A stretch of 57,930 nt of DNA from an uncultured candidate division WPS-2 bacterium (GCA_937910425.1 CALEOJ010000232.1:1-57930), one strand, 5' to 3'. Shown: positions 28,310-38,490, numbered from the stretch's first letter. Program-made: numbers and translations. Notes: generated from the sequence alone by a model not told the origin.

Positions 28310-29430
28310 CGATGCGTGCAGCGTCACCTCGGTGGCCGTGGCGGCGCCTTGTCGTTGGTGATGATTCTGCCGCGCCCGATCTCGCACTTCTTATCCAGGG
28401 AATTGTAGGTTTGACCGGTAGGGCATGAAGGCCCGCCGGAACCGATGCCGGCGGCACCCGCGAAGGGCAAACTGAACCTCTGTACGATTCTCCGGTTCGG
28501 CGCGGCAGGCAGCGGGGAGTAGACGAGGTTGGAAGTCTCTGAAGTACCCTGCGTGCCCTGATAAACATTGGTCAGTGCGGCGATGCTGCCTTCCGCGGTC
28601 AGCGTCGTCGTCGCCTCGTACGTGATCCTTCCTGCGCCGGAATTCAGCGTGGCGTGCAGGCCACTGCCCAAACCGACGAGATTCATCTGGAACGCAAGGA
28701 TCGGCGCGACCCCTTCAGGACCGACGAGCCTTTGCATACCGGCGTATTTGAACCGGTGTATGAGGTGCGGGCCGGTGCTCTTTTCCCGGCCTCGCTTGTC
28801 GACGACCGTGAACTTCGTCCCGATGATCGCGCCGTTGGCATCGTCGATCAACTCGTAGATGATCTTGAAGCCTGCTGGAAGGCGATTGCTCGGCACTGGA
28901 AACCGTGCGAAGGGTGTCCTCGGAAACGATGGATAGTTAAAAAGATTGCCGGAGCACGTCTGCTCGTTCGGCTTCTTGGCATTGCATGGGAACCCGATTG
29001 TGTTGTGCAAATGCCACCGAGATGGCTGGGACGGGAAGTTCTCCATAATCCAAACGACCCCCAGCGTCGACCATTTGTTCGGATCGAAATTCGTGACGTA
29101 TTGCTGGTAGGCGCAGTTGGCGTTTGCCGGCGAATTGCAGTTGAGCTGCATGCTCATGCCTTGCGGCGCGACGATATCTTCATCGACGTTAATCGTAACG
29201 CGGAGGCCCCGAATCGGTTTCCCGCCGCCGTAAATGAAGTAATTGTTGTTGGAACTGAAGCCTGTGGGTGGGAGCGCAAAGGCGCCCGCTCGGGCGACAG
29301 CGGGCGAGAGGGAACTCGCAGCGACGAGGCCGACCCCACGCACGAACGTACCACGCTTCATCATTTGTGTTTCCCCCAGCTGAGTAGAGATCCGGTCGAT
29401 CTGCACGACGCGTGCGGCATCACCTCGGTG
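28310..29430 (-). repeat. 25-bp repeat CACCGAGGTGAYGCYGCACGCRTCG at 28310-28334 and 29406-29430
   Basis: 22/25 identical; each copy lies upstream of a secreted-protein gene. Confidence 0.7.
28324..29364 (-). CDS. Exported (Tat-like signal) protein, possibly thermopsin-like protease fold
   Basis: KRGTFV..AVARA signal; SMQLN, YQQYV, GTSETSNLVY. Confidence 0.6.
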   Translation of the reverse strand: MMKRGTFVRGVGLVAASSLSPAVARAGAFALPPTGFSSNNNYFIYGGGKPIRGLRVTINVDEDIVAPQGMSMQLNCNSPANANCAYQQYVTNFDPNKWSTLGVVWIMENFPSQPSRWHLHNTIGFPCNAKKPNEQTCSGNLFNYPSFPRTPFARFPVPSNRLPAGFKIIYELIDDANGAIIGTKFTVVDKRGREKSTGPHLIHRFKYAGMQRLVGPEGVAPILAFQMNLVGLGSGLHATLNSGAGRITYEATTTLTAEGSIAALTNVYQGTQGTSETSNLVYSPLPAAPNRRIVQRFSLPFAGAAGIGSGGPSCPTGQTYNSLDKKCEIGRGRIITNDKAPPRPPR

Positions 29431-29476
29431 CGCGAGCAGCTCTCTGCGACGGTCGCGATTAACGGGTGGTTGGGCG

Positions 29477-30193
29477 CTACTGAACCCAAACATCTTGCGC
29501 TAGAACCTCGGCGAAGAGGCTGCGCACGTCGTCTATCCGTGTGCTCGGATCGTTGTTGTAATCCATGAGGCGATGATGGTAGTTTCGGCCGGCCGCTCGC
29601 TTTTCGACGGCTACCCGCACGACCTCCATGGCCGGTCGCCGGTGGTTGGCCGCTCCGGTCACGTCGATGGTCGCACGTTCGACGGCACAGTAGATACTCC
29701 ACGTCGTCGCCGAGGCCGGACACCGCCGATTGTCCGCACGATTCCACACCGCGTCGGATGCGAGAAGCTCGGCGGCGCGCTGCACGATTTGACGGTCCAG
29801 CCCCGACGGCGGAACTTCATGCGAAGCATCCAGTTGAAAACGCAGGGTGGATGCTGCAGCGGAAAAGTCAGACACGGGAAACCAGCCGTATTCCGTGCGC
29901 AACACCCCGGTAGCGCCCGGATATATTTCCAGCTCGATCGGCCAGTTGCGATTTCCGTCATCGGTCATGTCGCCGGCCCACACCGCAGTCGGCGTCATCC
30001 CCTTGCGCCACGCACCCGTCGCGATTGCCTTCTCGGGCGCCAGCGTCATGACCGGCGTCGCATCGAACAGGCGCCCGCACGAACCCTGCCAGCGCCCGTT
30101 CACTGAATGGAACGCACAGTCGGAGGAGCCCGCGGCAGCGGCACGCGCGCCGCATGGTGGTGCAACCATCAGCCCCGCCAAAACCAGCACCAT
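29477..30193 (-). CDS. Secreted hypothetical protein (DUF6197-like C-terminus); start approximate
   Basis: WNRADNRRC, SIYCA, HRLMDYNND. Confidence 0.6.
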   Translation of the reverse strand: MVLVLAGLMVAPPCGARAAAAGSSDCAFHSVNGRWQGSCGRLFDATPVMTLAPEKAIATGAWRKGMTPTAVWAGDMTDDGNRNWPIELEIYPGATGVLRTEYGWFPVSDFSAAASTLRFQLDASHEVPPSGLDRQIVQRAAELLASDAVWNRADNRRCPASATTWSIYCAVERATIDVTGAANHRRPAMEVVRVAVEKRAAGRNYHHRLMDYNNDPSTRIDDVRSLFAEVLAQDVWVQ

Positions 30194-30237
30194 CGCGACA
30201 GTCGAACCGATTCTTTGCAAGTAGTGGATGACCGGAG

Positions 30238-31344
30238 CTACCGCTCCATGAGGCGCTGGACCATCTTGTAGACGATCGTCGTTTGGGTACCGCTCTTGAG
30301 CGCGTAGTTCGGGTCGTCGTAGCCCCACCAATCCCAGCAGCCCTGAGGATTGAACGGCACGGTCGACGATTTCACCGCATACGGATAGAGGACGATGATG
30401 TCGTTGCTGTCGGCCCATTCGTCGATCCCCGACTCGGTGATGAACTTCGTTCCGATGTCGGCCTGCGTCTGCAGGCAGCCGTGGAAGGCGACGACGAGGC
30501 CGCAGGGGTGCCGTTCGGAGCAGCGCTGCGGAACGAAATAGTAGCCGTTCGTATCCATCGAGTTGCTCGCGGCAGCGCCGAACTCGGTCTGGTCGAAGTT
30601 GACGAGCTGACCCCTCAGCCGGTCGTCGTTGCGGGGTTCGAGGCGCCCGAAGAACGCCGTCAGCCACGTCCGCTCGGAGTCGTAGGCGTGCGAGCCGGAA
30701 CTGCACGAGATCATGAAGGGGCTGCCCACCGTCCCGCACGGCAACTCGCCGTCGGGCGACTCCCAGCCGTGTTCGGCAGGAAACGCATTGTCGTACTTCA
30801 CGACATTTGCCCCGTAGTGCTGGTACTCGGTCCGGAGGTCGTTCATCTCTGCCTGCTTGACGACCGTGTCTTGCGTCCCCGACCACAGATAGACCGGCTG
30901 ACCCCGCAGGTGCTCCTCGTTGTCGATCGTACCCGCCGCCGATTGCAGGTCGAGGTAGGTCTCGGATGCCGCGAGCGTGCTCTGATAGAGACCTTCGCCG
31001 CCGCATTCCAGCAGCGCCGTCACGACGTTGTCGAGCGCGCAGTAGTAGACGCCGCCGGCGTAGATCGCGGCGCCCTTGAACGTCCGGGAATGTGCGACCT
31101 GCATCTGCACTCCGAAGAAGCCGCCCGAGGAGATCCCCGCGACGAACACTTTCTCCGGGTCGATGTCGTAGCTCCGAAGCCGCCGGATCGCGGTCGTCGC
31201 GACCGCATCGGTGCTGCGAACGCCGCTGTCGGGGACGAGCGGGACCGACGGCGCGCTCCGGGTCGCTGCGCCCCCTCCGCAGCCGGCCGCGGCGAGACAG
31301 ACGGCGAGCAACAAGAACAGATCGAATCGCTTTGCACGGCGCAT
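30238..31344 (-). CDS. Extracellular PHB depolymerase-family esterase, lipoprotein
   Basis: Lipobox AAGC; GISSGG, FHGCLQ, NPQGCWDWWGY. Confidence 0.88.
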   Translation of the reverse strand: MRRAKRFDLFLLLAVCLAAAGCGGGAATRSAPSVPLVPDSGVRSTDAVATTAIRRLRSYDIDPEKVFVAGISSGGFFGVQMQVAHSRTFKGAAIYAGGVYYCALDNVVTALLECGGEGLYQSTLAASETYLDLQSAAGTIDNEEHLRGQPVYLWSGTQDTVVKQAEMNDLRTEYQHYGANVVKYDNAFPAEHGWESPDGELPCGTVGSPFMISCSSGSHAYDSERTWLTAFFGRLEPRNDDRLRGQLVNFDQTEFGAAASNSMDTNGYYFVPQRCSERHPCGLVVAFHGCLQTQADIGTKFITESGIDEWADSNDIIVLYPYAVKSSTVPFNPQGCWDWWGYDDPNYALKSGTQTTIVYKMVQRLMER

Positions 31345-31654
31345 CCACGGGCCTCCTATCGTCCTGCGAATATAGTGCCAGATACGCGCGGGGTGCGCAA
31401 GTAAAGCAGGTGCCTCGTCGCCCCGCCGGTGCTGATCGTTTACGGCGCAGGCTCGCCGCCGGCTCCGTGAGCGACGTCGTCGTTCCCGCTCGAGCTCGAC
31501 CTGACCGCCGCCGCGCCGATGGGCGCCTCCGACCCGAGCTCGACGCCGGAAGGGGCCCCGGCGACGACCGCGTCGTTCGGTCGGAACGATAGGATCCGGT
31601 GCGTTCTCGGTCGGGAATCTCGGTGCAGCCGTCGATGCCGCGTTCCGCACTGCG

Positions 31655-32170
31655 GTGCAGGCCGCCGCGACTGCCCGTGGTGCCGGAAGCGTTCCGCAGA
31701 CGCCGGTAACTCCCGTCCCTGCGGCGACTGCATCGTCAGCCGCGACGGCGAGTCCGTCGACGTACTTGCTCCTTCCGTTCGAACAGCCCGGCATCGCGGA
31801 CCCGCGCGGCGCCGACATGACGCACTCGCTCCTCACGCAACTGCAGGAGCACAAGCTCGACGTCAAAGTCGGCACGCCGCTCGATCACCTGGCCGCCATC
31901 ACGGGCGCGCAGCAGCTCTGTACCGGAAGCGGAGCGCAGGCGATCATCGTACCGAACGTGCGCATCGAACAGTCCTCGTTCAAGGGCCGTTCGCACGCGT
32001 CCTTACGTCTCTCGTTGTTGAGCTGCACCGGGAGCCTGCTGGGTCACGGCGCCGCCGAGGCCGACATGGGCCAGGTGTTCATCCGCAACTTCGGCGCCTC
32101 GGTCGTCGGCGTTACGGAACGAGCGATGGGACCGGCGATCGAGCAGCTGTTTCCGAATGGAAGCAAATAG
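31655..32170 (+). CDS. Hypothetical protein, probably the C-terminal remnant of a longer exported protein
   Basis: Coding-like ORF; the upstream region is degenerate. Confidence 0.45.
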   Translation: MQAAATARGAGSVPQTPVTPVPAATASSAATASPSTYLLLPFEQPGIADPRGADMTHSLLTQLQEHKLDVKVGTPLDHLAAITGAQQLCTGSGAQAIIVPNVRIEQSSFKGRSHASLRLSLLSCTGSLLGHGAAEADMGQVFIRNFGASVVGVTERAMGPAIEQLFPNGSK

Positions 32171-32211
32171 GCTTCTTCCCGATCGTCCGGTCCGCTAGCC
32201 GGCGACCGGCA

Positions 32212-33627
32212 TCATGCGTGCGGTGGGGCGGTCGTCGGGATGCTTTGCGGGAACGAGAAGAAGTTCTGGGGATCGACGGCGCGCTTCACCGCGATCAAGC
32301 GCGGCAGATTCGTGACGTAGTACGCGTCGAGGTAGTCCACGATGCGGGAATCGACGTAGTTCACGTACGCGTTCCGCGCGTACGGCAGCATCGCCGTGCG
32401 CAGCCCTTCTATCCAGTCTTCGGCGACGCGCTGATCGCTCGGATCGGTCCAGTACGCATCGTACTGCACGACGCACACGGCATTGCGATGCGGCACCGCG
32501 GTGCCGTCGATCGGGACGCGTCCGGGCGCGCCGCCGCCGGCGAGCAGCTGCACCATGCTGGGCTCGTTGGTCTCCCAATCCTGCTGCGCGGGTGCGAGCT
32601 CCAGCTGCGTCTTGAGCAAGTTGAGGGCTGCGAGCGGGAACGGCTCGTACGCGACCGCCGACGTGCTCTTGAAGAGTTGCCTGTCGTTGTGCGGGTGCAG
32701 CATCCATTGCGGATTCTTCGGGTCGGCACCGGCGAAGATCGCGGCCGCGGCGGAGTGCGGCATCATCTGTACGTTGACGCCGGTCGGCGGCGCGGCGTTC
32801 AGCATCGGCGCGAGCAGCGCGCTGAACCCGGCGAGCTGGGTGGGCGAGTCGGGGGTGAGCTGCCCGAACAGGGTGATGGTTCCGGCGCCGCGTGCGCTGC
32901 CGACCGCGAAGCGCAAGAACGTCGAGAGATCGTCGGGCGCGTTCGGCGCCCAGTGCTGGAACGTGTCGGCGACCGCGATGAAGTCACTCCATTGCCAGGT
33001 GATGTTGCAGACCGCGACCAGGCCGACGGGATGCACGCGAAAGTCGAATGCGGTGACGATCCCGAAGTTGCCGCCGCCGCCGCCGCGGCATGCCCAGTAC
33101 AAGTCGGGATTCTCGGTCGCGTTCGCGTTGACGATATCACCGTTCGCATCGACCAGCTCCACGCCGACGATATTGTCGCAGGCGAGGCCGTACTTGCGCG
33201 AGACGACGCCAAACCCGCCGCCCAGCGCGAGGCCCGCGATGCCGACGCTCGCGCCGCTCGCTGCCGGGATCGTCAGCCCGACGTCATAGAGCTGCTCGTG
33301 CAGGTCGAGGCAGTAGACGCCCGCACCGATGCGCGCCGTCCCGCTGCGCGCGTCGACGCTGATCTCGTCCATCTCGCTCACGTCGACGACGACCGCCCCT
33401 TCGGCGATTGAGTAGGCCTCGTAGCTGTGGCGCCCTGATCGCGCGCGCAGCGGCACCCCTTTCTCGCGCGCCCAACGGACCGCGTTCTGCACGTCGCGCG
33501 ATTGCTGACAGAAGACGACGCTCTTTGGCACGAGCTGCTCGTAATCGACCGCGGCTCGGAAGTTGCGCCGCGCGGCGTCCCACCCCGGGCTGCTCGAATC
33601 CAACACGCGGCCGGTCAGTTCGCTCAT
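32212..33627 (-). CDS. FAD-linked oxidase, berberine-bridge-enzyme family
   Basis: RSGRHSYE, GGGGGNFGIVT, AYVNY, KRAVDPQNFF. Confidence 0.92.
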   Translation of the reverse strand: MSELTGRVLDSSSPGWDAARRNFRAAVDYEQLVPKSVVFCQQSRDVQNAVRWAREKGVPLRARSGRHSYEAYSIAEGAVVVDVSEMDEISVDARSGTARIGAGVYCLDLHEQLYDVGLTIPAASGASVGIAGLALGGGFGVVSRKYGLACDNIVGVELVDANGDIVNANATENPDLYWACRGGGGGNFGIVTAFDFRVHPVGLVAVCNITWQWSDFIAVADTFQHWAPNAPDDLSTFLRFAVGSARGAGTITLFGQLTPDSPTQLAGFSALLAPMLNAAPPTGVNVQMMPHSAAAAIFAGADPKNPQWMLHPHNDRQLFKSTSAVAYEPFPLAALNLLKTQLELAPAQQDWETNEPSMVQLLAGGGAPGRVPIDGTAVPHRNAVCVVQYDAYWTDPSDQRVAEDWIEGLRTAMLPYARNAYVNYVDSRIVDYLDAYYVTNLPRLIAVKRAVDPQNFFSFPQSIPTTAPPHA

Positions 33628-35018
33628 GGTTCACCCCCTCCACCGGTCATGCCGGCGGTCTCATAATCCTGCATGCGCTTCACGGTGACGACGTTGTCTT
33701 CCATCTTGCCGAGCGTGTCGAACACATCCGCGCGACGGTCGAGCGTCTTGAGCTCGGGCAGGATGAAGATGCGTTCGAGCAAGGCTTCGAATTGCCCGAG
33801 CGGGGTGTTGAGCCGCTCGCGGACACCGCTGGCCCAATTGACGTGTGAGAGCGGTTTGCCCGTATACGTACCACGCGCCCGCGGCTTCTGTGCGAAATTC
33901 AGCGCGTCCCAGAACGAATTCGCGTGCGGCCACCTGACCCCGAAATTGGTACGCTCCTGATCGAGGGGCAGGTTCCACAGCTCCTTGAGGGACTTGATGA
34001 ACGACGTGTGGTCGTACTGGGTATGCGTTGCGCCGCGCAGGGCATACGGACTGACGATAAGCGCCGGCACACGAAAACCGAGGTTGGCGTCGGGGTCGTT
34101 CGGGACTCCGGATGCCGGCGGCGGGCGGTGGTCGTAGAATCCCCCGCACTCGTCGTACAAGATGACGAGCGCGCTCGTCTCCCACGCAGGGCTGTTCGTT
34201 AGCGCGTCCACGACCAATCCGATGAATTTCTCACCGAGCGCGGGATCGTGCGGCGGGTGATCGTCCGCCAGCGTAAACGGCGGATCGATAACCGAGACCG
34301 ACGGCAGCTTGTTCTCGCGGCAGTCGTCGACGAAGGTCTCGATCGTTGAAAAGTTGTGAAATGCGTGGGTCGCGGCGAAGCCGTACCAGAACGCGAGGAA
34401 CGGCAGATCGCTGAAGTAGGACTTCCAGGTCAAGGGCTTGTTGTTGCGGTCGCACGATCGCTCGATGAAACCGTAGATGGGATTCGTCTGGAAGCCCCGT
34501 ATGCCGGGAAATATCTGCGTGTCGTCATCGTCATCGCGCCGACCCGAGTGAAGATACTTCCGGTTCGGCCACGTCGAGCTGAGCATCGACGCAAACCACA
34601 TGTCGCAGACGGTGAACTCCTGGGCGAGCGCGTAGAGCACCGGAAGGGTCTTGTCGGTGTAGTAGCCCATCGGAATGTTCGTGCGCGGCGGCTGGAGCGG
34701 CGCCACGTCCTTCGCGTGCGCGGCCTGGTACGTCGTCACGAACCCGTCGTTCTTGCCGGCGTTCCAATCGGCGAGCATAGCGTTTTTCCCGTGCGGCACG
34801 TCGGGGAAATCGGGTCCCACCGGCGGATCGGACCCATCGATCTGCCACCCCGGAACCGGCTGTCCGTTCGAGTCAGGCACCGAACGTGGCGGGATCCGCA
34901 ATCCGTCGACGTCGTCGCGGCTCAGCGGCGGCAGCGACAGCGCACCCAGATAGTGATCGAACGACCGGTTCTCCATACAGAGGAGGATGACGTGTTCGAT
35001 CGATGACAGGTCCGCCAC
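33624..35018 (-). CDS. Phosphoesterase/phospholipase C family protein
   Basis: IEHVILLCMENRSFDHYLG, STWPNR, DDHPPHD, YDECGGFYDH, GFRVP. Confidence 0.9.
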   Translation of the reverse strand: MADLSSIEHVILLCMENRSFDHYLGALSLPPLSRDDVDGLRIPPRSVPDSNGQPVPGWQIDGSDPPVGPDFPDVPHGKNAMLADWNAGKNDGFVTTYQAAHAKDVAPLQPPRTNIPMGYYTDKTLPVLYALAQEFTVCDMWFASMLSSTWPNRKYLHSGRRDDDDDTQIFPGIRGFQTNPIYGFIERSCDRNNKPLTWKSYFSDLPFLAFWYGFAATHAFHNFSTIETFVDDCRENKLPSVSVIDPPFTLADDHPPHDPALGEKFIGLVVDALTNSPAWETSALVILYDECGGFYDHRPPPASGVPNDPDANLGFRVPALIVSPYALRGATHTQYDHTSFIKSLKELWNLPLDQERTNFGVRWPHANSFWDALNFAQKPRARGTYTGKPLSHVNWASGVRERLNTPLGQFEALLERIFILPELKTLDRRADVFDTLGKMEDNVVTVKRMQDYETAGMTGGGGEP

Positions 35019-35077
35019 AGCTACCCCCCCCCGACCGGCGAAACGACGAGGGGCCGACCTTCGAGGGAGAGGTCGAT

Positions 35078-36619
35078 CTACCTCGCGGTTCGCCCCTCCC
35101 GCAGCTCGTCGGCGACCGCGTAAAGCGCGAACAGCGTGACGATCACGACGACGGTGGGCGCGATGACGACCCAAGGCGCTACCGTCATGTTGCTCTGCAT
35201 GTTCGCCAGGATGTTGCCGAGCGACGGCGTCGGTGGCTGCACGCCGAGACCGTAGAGCGACAGGGTCACCTCTAGCAGCAGCGCGCAGGCCGTAAGGTCG
35301 GCGACGGCGCCGAGCGTCGCCGGCGTGAGCGCTCGAAACGCCGGAACGATCGCGGGCCAGGACACCGCGGCGATGAGCAGCGCGATCACGCGAGGGTTCA
35401 AGACGCCGATCGTATGGAACCTGGTCACGAGAACCGACACCGCGGCGAGGATGAATGGAAATGCCCCGAACGGACGAATCCCGATGATGCTGAGCGCGCT
35501 GCGGTCGGCTACCGCGTGCAGTGAATTCATCGCCATCGCGACGAGCGCTGCGATCGCCGACGCGATGACCGCTGCGAACGCCGCGATCCCGAGTGAGGTG
35601 CGCAGGCCGACGAGTAAGCGCGACAGCAGGTCACGCCCATTCTCGTCGGTCCCCAGAACGTGGCCCGCGGTGCCCGGCGCCAGAGGATATCCCTGCCAGT
35701 GGACTTGATCGATGAGATACGGGCCGACCGGGACGATCAGGTTCGCAGTCAGCGCTCCGAACGCGGCGAGGAGCAGCACGACGCATGCGGTGACGCCGAT
35801 CGCGGAGAATCGCCTCCTGCTCCCCGCGAGCACTCGCGGCGATCCCGTCGAAAACTCGGCGCACAGCTGGAGCAGCACGACGGCCGCGGAGTACGCGAGG
35901 AGGACGCCCCCGACGAGAGCGGTGTCGCGCTGCGCGACTCCGTTGGAGTAGAGCCGCGCGATGCCCGGCCACGCAAACCTCGACTCGATCAGGAGACTTG
36001 CCGAGAGCAGCGCCGGCCCGATCCTCGCGGCCGACACCGCGACCCCTCCGACGAGGTCGCGCAGCGTTGGGCGCGCGGGTTTCTCCGAGCGGCGGAAGAG
36101 GTCGTAGAAGATCAGCGACGACCATGCTCCGAACGGTACGGCCAAGCAGAGAACCGGTGCGATCAGATGCAAGAACCGATCGCGCAGATCGAAGGTGTCG
36201 ACCGATGCAATGCCGGCGATCGGCAGCCGCGTCGTGAACATCAAGAGCAGCTGGAGAGCTATCGCGAGAACGACGATCGGTATCGCTCGGCAGAGGAGCT
36301 GCACGACGGAGAGTCCGCCGCGCAGGATCCGTGGGCGCGTCCGCGTCCGTGCGAAGCCGATGACGGCGCCGAGCACGACGGCGGCCGCGAACGCACAGAG
36401 TGCCAGTTCGATCGTCGCCGGCAGCCGGTCGACGATGGCCTGCGATACCGGCTCCGAGTTCGACGGCGACCAGCCGAGATCACCGTGGAGCACTCGGAAC
36501 AGCCACGGGAAGTACGCGACGATCGGACCACCGGGCGCCGCTTCGAACAGCGCAAATACCGCGAACGTACTTGCAAGGAGCAGGCCGAGACTCGCGAGTA
36601 GGCGGTACCGGCGGGCCAT
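35078..36619 (-). CDS. Fused DppB/DppC-type ABC permease
   Basis: LHGDLGWS, RLPATIEL, FAWPGIA then LGTDENGRDLLSRL, LGVQPPTPSLG. Confidence 0.8.
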   Translation of the reverse strand: MARRYRLLASLGLLLASTFAVFALFEAAPGGPIVAYFPWLFRVLHGDLGWSPSNSEPVSQAIVDRLPATIELALCAFAAAVVLGAVIGFARTRTRPRILRGGLSVVQLLCRAIPIVVLAIALQLLLMFTTRLPIAGIASVDTFDLRDRFLHLIAPVLCLAVPFGAWSSLIFYDLFRRSEKPARPTLRDLVGGVAVSAARIGPALLSASLLIESRFAWPGIARLYSNGVAQRDTALVGGVLLAYSAAVVLLQLCAEFSTGSPRVLAGSRRRFSAIGVTACVVLLLAAFGALTANLIVPVGPYLIDQVHWQGYPLAPGTAGHVLGTDENGRDLLSRLLVGLRTSLGIAAFAAVIASAIAALVAMAMNSLHAVADRSALSIIGIRPFGAFPFILAAVSVLVTRFHTIGVLNPRVIALLIAAVSWPAIVPAFRALTPATLGAVADLTACALLLEVTLSLYGLGVQPPTPSLGNILANMQSNMTVAPWVVIAPTVVVIVTLFALYAVADELREGRTAR

Positions 36620-36653
36620 GAGCGATCCCTTCACCAGCAACCCAGCCTAGACG

Positions 36654-38030
36654 CTAGACATGAACCGTTCCGCGATACACGATCTGACGCCCAGTGCGAT
36701 CCAAGACGGTGTACGCGACCTTGTACGCTCCTGAAACGAACGGCGCATTGCTCGCGCGCTCGACATACTGATACCCGATCCGCAGCATCTCGTTCAGCTT
36801 CTGCGACTCCGCCGCACCGTTCGGTGCGGTGATGGACAGATGTTTGACCGTGACGGCGTCCGACGCATGCGTGACGAGCACCAGACGGGGTCGCCCTTGG
36901 GCGTCGACGGCTCGCTTCGCGCTCGCGACGGCGAAGGCCGGTGCTTGGGAAGCGTTCGTGCTGAGCAACGTCCCGCGCACGGGCTGGTTGGTGTTTGGGA
37001 ACATGACGATCGCGTAGGCTTGGCTTGCGAAGAACGCGTTGTAGCCCCAATAGATGCGGCCGTTGTGCCCTGGAGACGACGCGGGCCCGGGATTCCAGCC
37101 GGCCCCGAAACTGTTCTGCACGAGGAATGCTCCGTGCGGTCCGACGGAGTCGTCGTAGCCGACGATCACCTGGCCGTGTCCGGAGTTGGGGAGGAATCCG
37201 GCCGGCGCCGTGAACGCGCCGCGCGTCAGGTGAGGCGACTCGACGCCGTACTTGCGCGCGACCAGCCCCGTGAACGCGATCGCGTGGCCGTGCCGGATGA
37301 GCTCTTTGAAGAGCGACAAGTACTTCGCTTTCCCGTTCTTGAGGCCCGTGTACGCCTTGTAGCTGCCGATAAGAAAGCGCGACTGTCCCGGCCAGCTCCG
37401 CTGCACGTCGAGCGTCGTGATGTACGAGCACACGGTGTGCGGCGTCGTCGCGACATCCGGGTTGTACGGCACCTGCGCGGTGCTCGGGGCGCCGTCGCGA
37501 ACCAGACGGTTCGCGTACGGCGTCGCGCCGGATCCGCCCGGACACACGCGCTTGTCGTTTTCGACGATCGCGTGCTCCCATTGATACAGCCACGCCGCGC
37601 TGGGCGCATTGTTCGCGTCCGCGGCGTTCCACTTGACGGAGCCGTCGGGGTTCCGTGCCGCGGTGTAGGCGCCGAGGCAATACCCGAAGGATTGCGCCTC
37701 GCAGGAGCCGGGCGAACCGACGCTGCCGGGCACGCCTTGCCGCGAGACTGCGGGCAGGTTCGTCAGGGTCACCGCATGCGATGAGTCGGGCTGCGGGTTA
37801 GCGACCTCGAGGACGCTACCGTGGAGTGCCGACGGCGAGAGCGCTTGCTGGATGCCCTCGAACTCGTGCGCGGTGATGCGCACCCCCCAGTCGCCTGCAC
37901 TCGCGTCGGCGTAAACCGTCACGCCGGGCGCACGGTACACGGGTTTGGCGGCCAGGGCCGTCGGCGCGGCGAACAACATGGCGCCGGCGCCGCTAACGAA
38001 CGATCGTCTCCGCAAAACAGAAACCTTCAT
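36654..38030 (-). CDS. Tat-exported papain-like C1 cysteine peptidase
   Basis: RRRSF signal; Q...GSCEA, GHGQVIVGYDD, QNSFG. Confidence 0.85.
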   Translation of the reverse strand: MKVSVLRRRSFVSGAGAMLFAAPTALAAKPVYRAPGVTVYADASAGDWGVRITAHEFEGIQQALSPSALHGSVLEVANPQPDSSHAVTLTNLPAVSRQGVPGSVGSPGSCEAQSFGYCLGAYTAARNPDGSVKWNAADANNAPSAAWLYQWEHAIVENDKRVCPGGSGATPYANRLVRDGAPSTAQVPYNPDVATTPHTVCSYITTLDVQRSWPGQSRFLIGSYKAYTGLKNGKAKYLSLFKELIRHGHAIAFTGLVARKYGVESPHLTRGAFTAPAGFLPNSGHGQVIVGYDDSVGPHGAFLVQNSFGAGWNPGPASSPGHNGRIYWGYNAFFASQAYAIVMFPNTNQPVRGTLLSTNASQAPAFAVASAKRAVDAQGRPRLVLVTHASDAVTVKHLSITAPNGAAESQKLNEMLRIGYQYVERASNAPFVSGAYKVAYTVLDRTGRQIVYRGTVHV

Positions 38031-38458
38031 CGCATGCGGATCCAGTTGGTCGACGCACCATCCTCCGTGGTGCCGATGAAGGAGTTCGGATTCTGGAATT
38101 GGATCCGGCTCGTGTGCGCGACGCCGACCCGTTGGGGAGGACCCATCGGCGTGCAATTCCCACCGACGCATATCCGCTTCGGCGAATAATCGGTCCAGGT
38201 AAAGCGCATCGTTCGTCCGGTCGTATCCATGCGGTAGCTTCCGAGCAGATCGTACGCCATCCCCATGTGGTTCATCACGTGGACGCGAATGTGACCGTCA
38301 GCGCCGATTGCCAGCACGGAGTAGAGACCGGCCTGCTGGTTTTCCCAATCGAGCGTGCTCGACCAGGTCCCGACGAGAGGGCCGGCGGCCGACGCCGGGG
38401 CGATACAGAGCAGCGCAAGGACCACTGCGCGTGCGGCTGCGAGGAGACTGCGCATCAT
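38027..38458 (-). CDS. Small secreted protein
   Basis: Signal peptide ASA; LVGTW; SD GGAGG; ATGA overlap with the peptidase. Confidence 0.75.
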   Translation of the reverse strand: MMRSLLAAARAVVLALLCIAPASAAGPLVGTWSSTLDWENQQAGLYSVLAIGADGHIRVHVMNHMGMAYDLLGSYRMDTTGRTMRFTWTDYSPKRICVGGNCTPMGPPQRVGVAHTSRIQFQNPNSFIGTTEDGASTNWIRMR

Positions 38459-38490
38459 TCATCCTCCGTACTGGGCTACTGCGCAGACGT

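Noticed and set aside
31455-31480. Another in-frame TGA (PPAP*ATSS) as possible Sec
   Set aside because: Not in a Cys-motif context, no SECIS-like hairpin recognised, and the region looks degenerate
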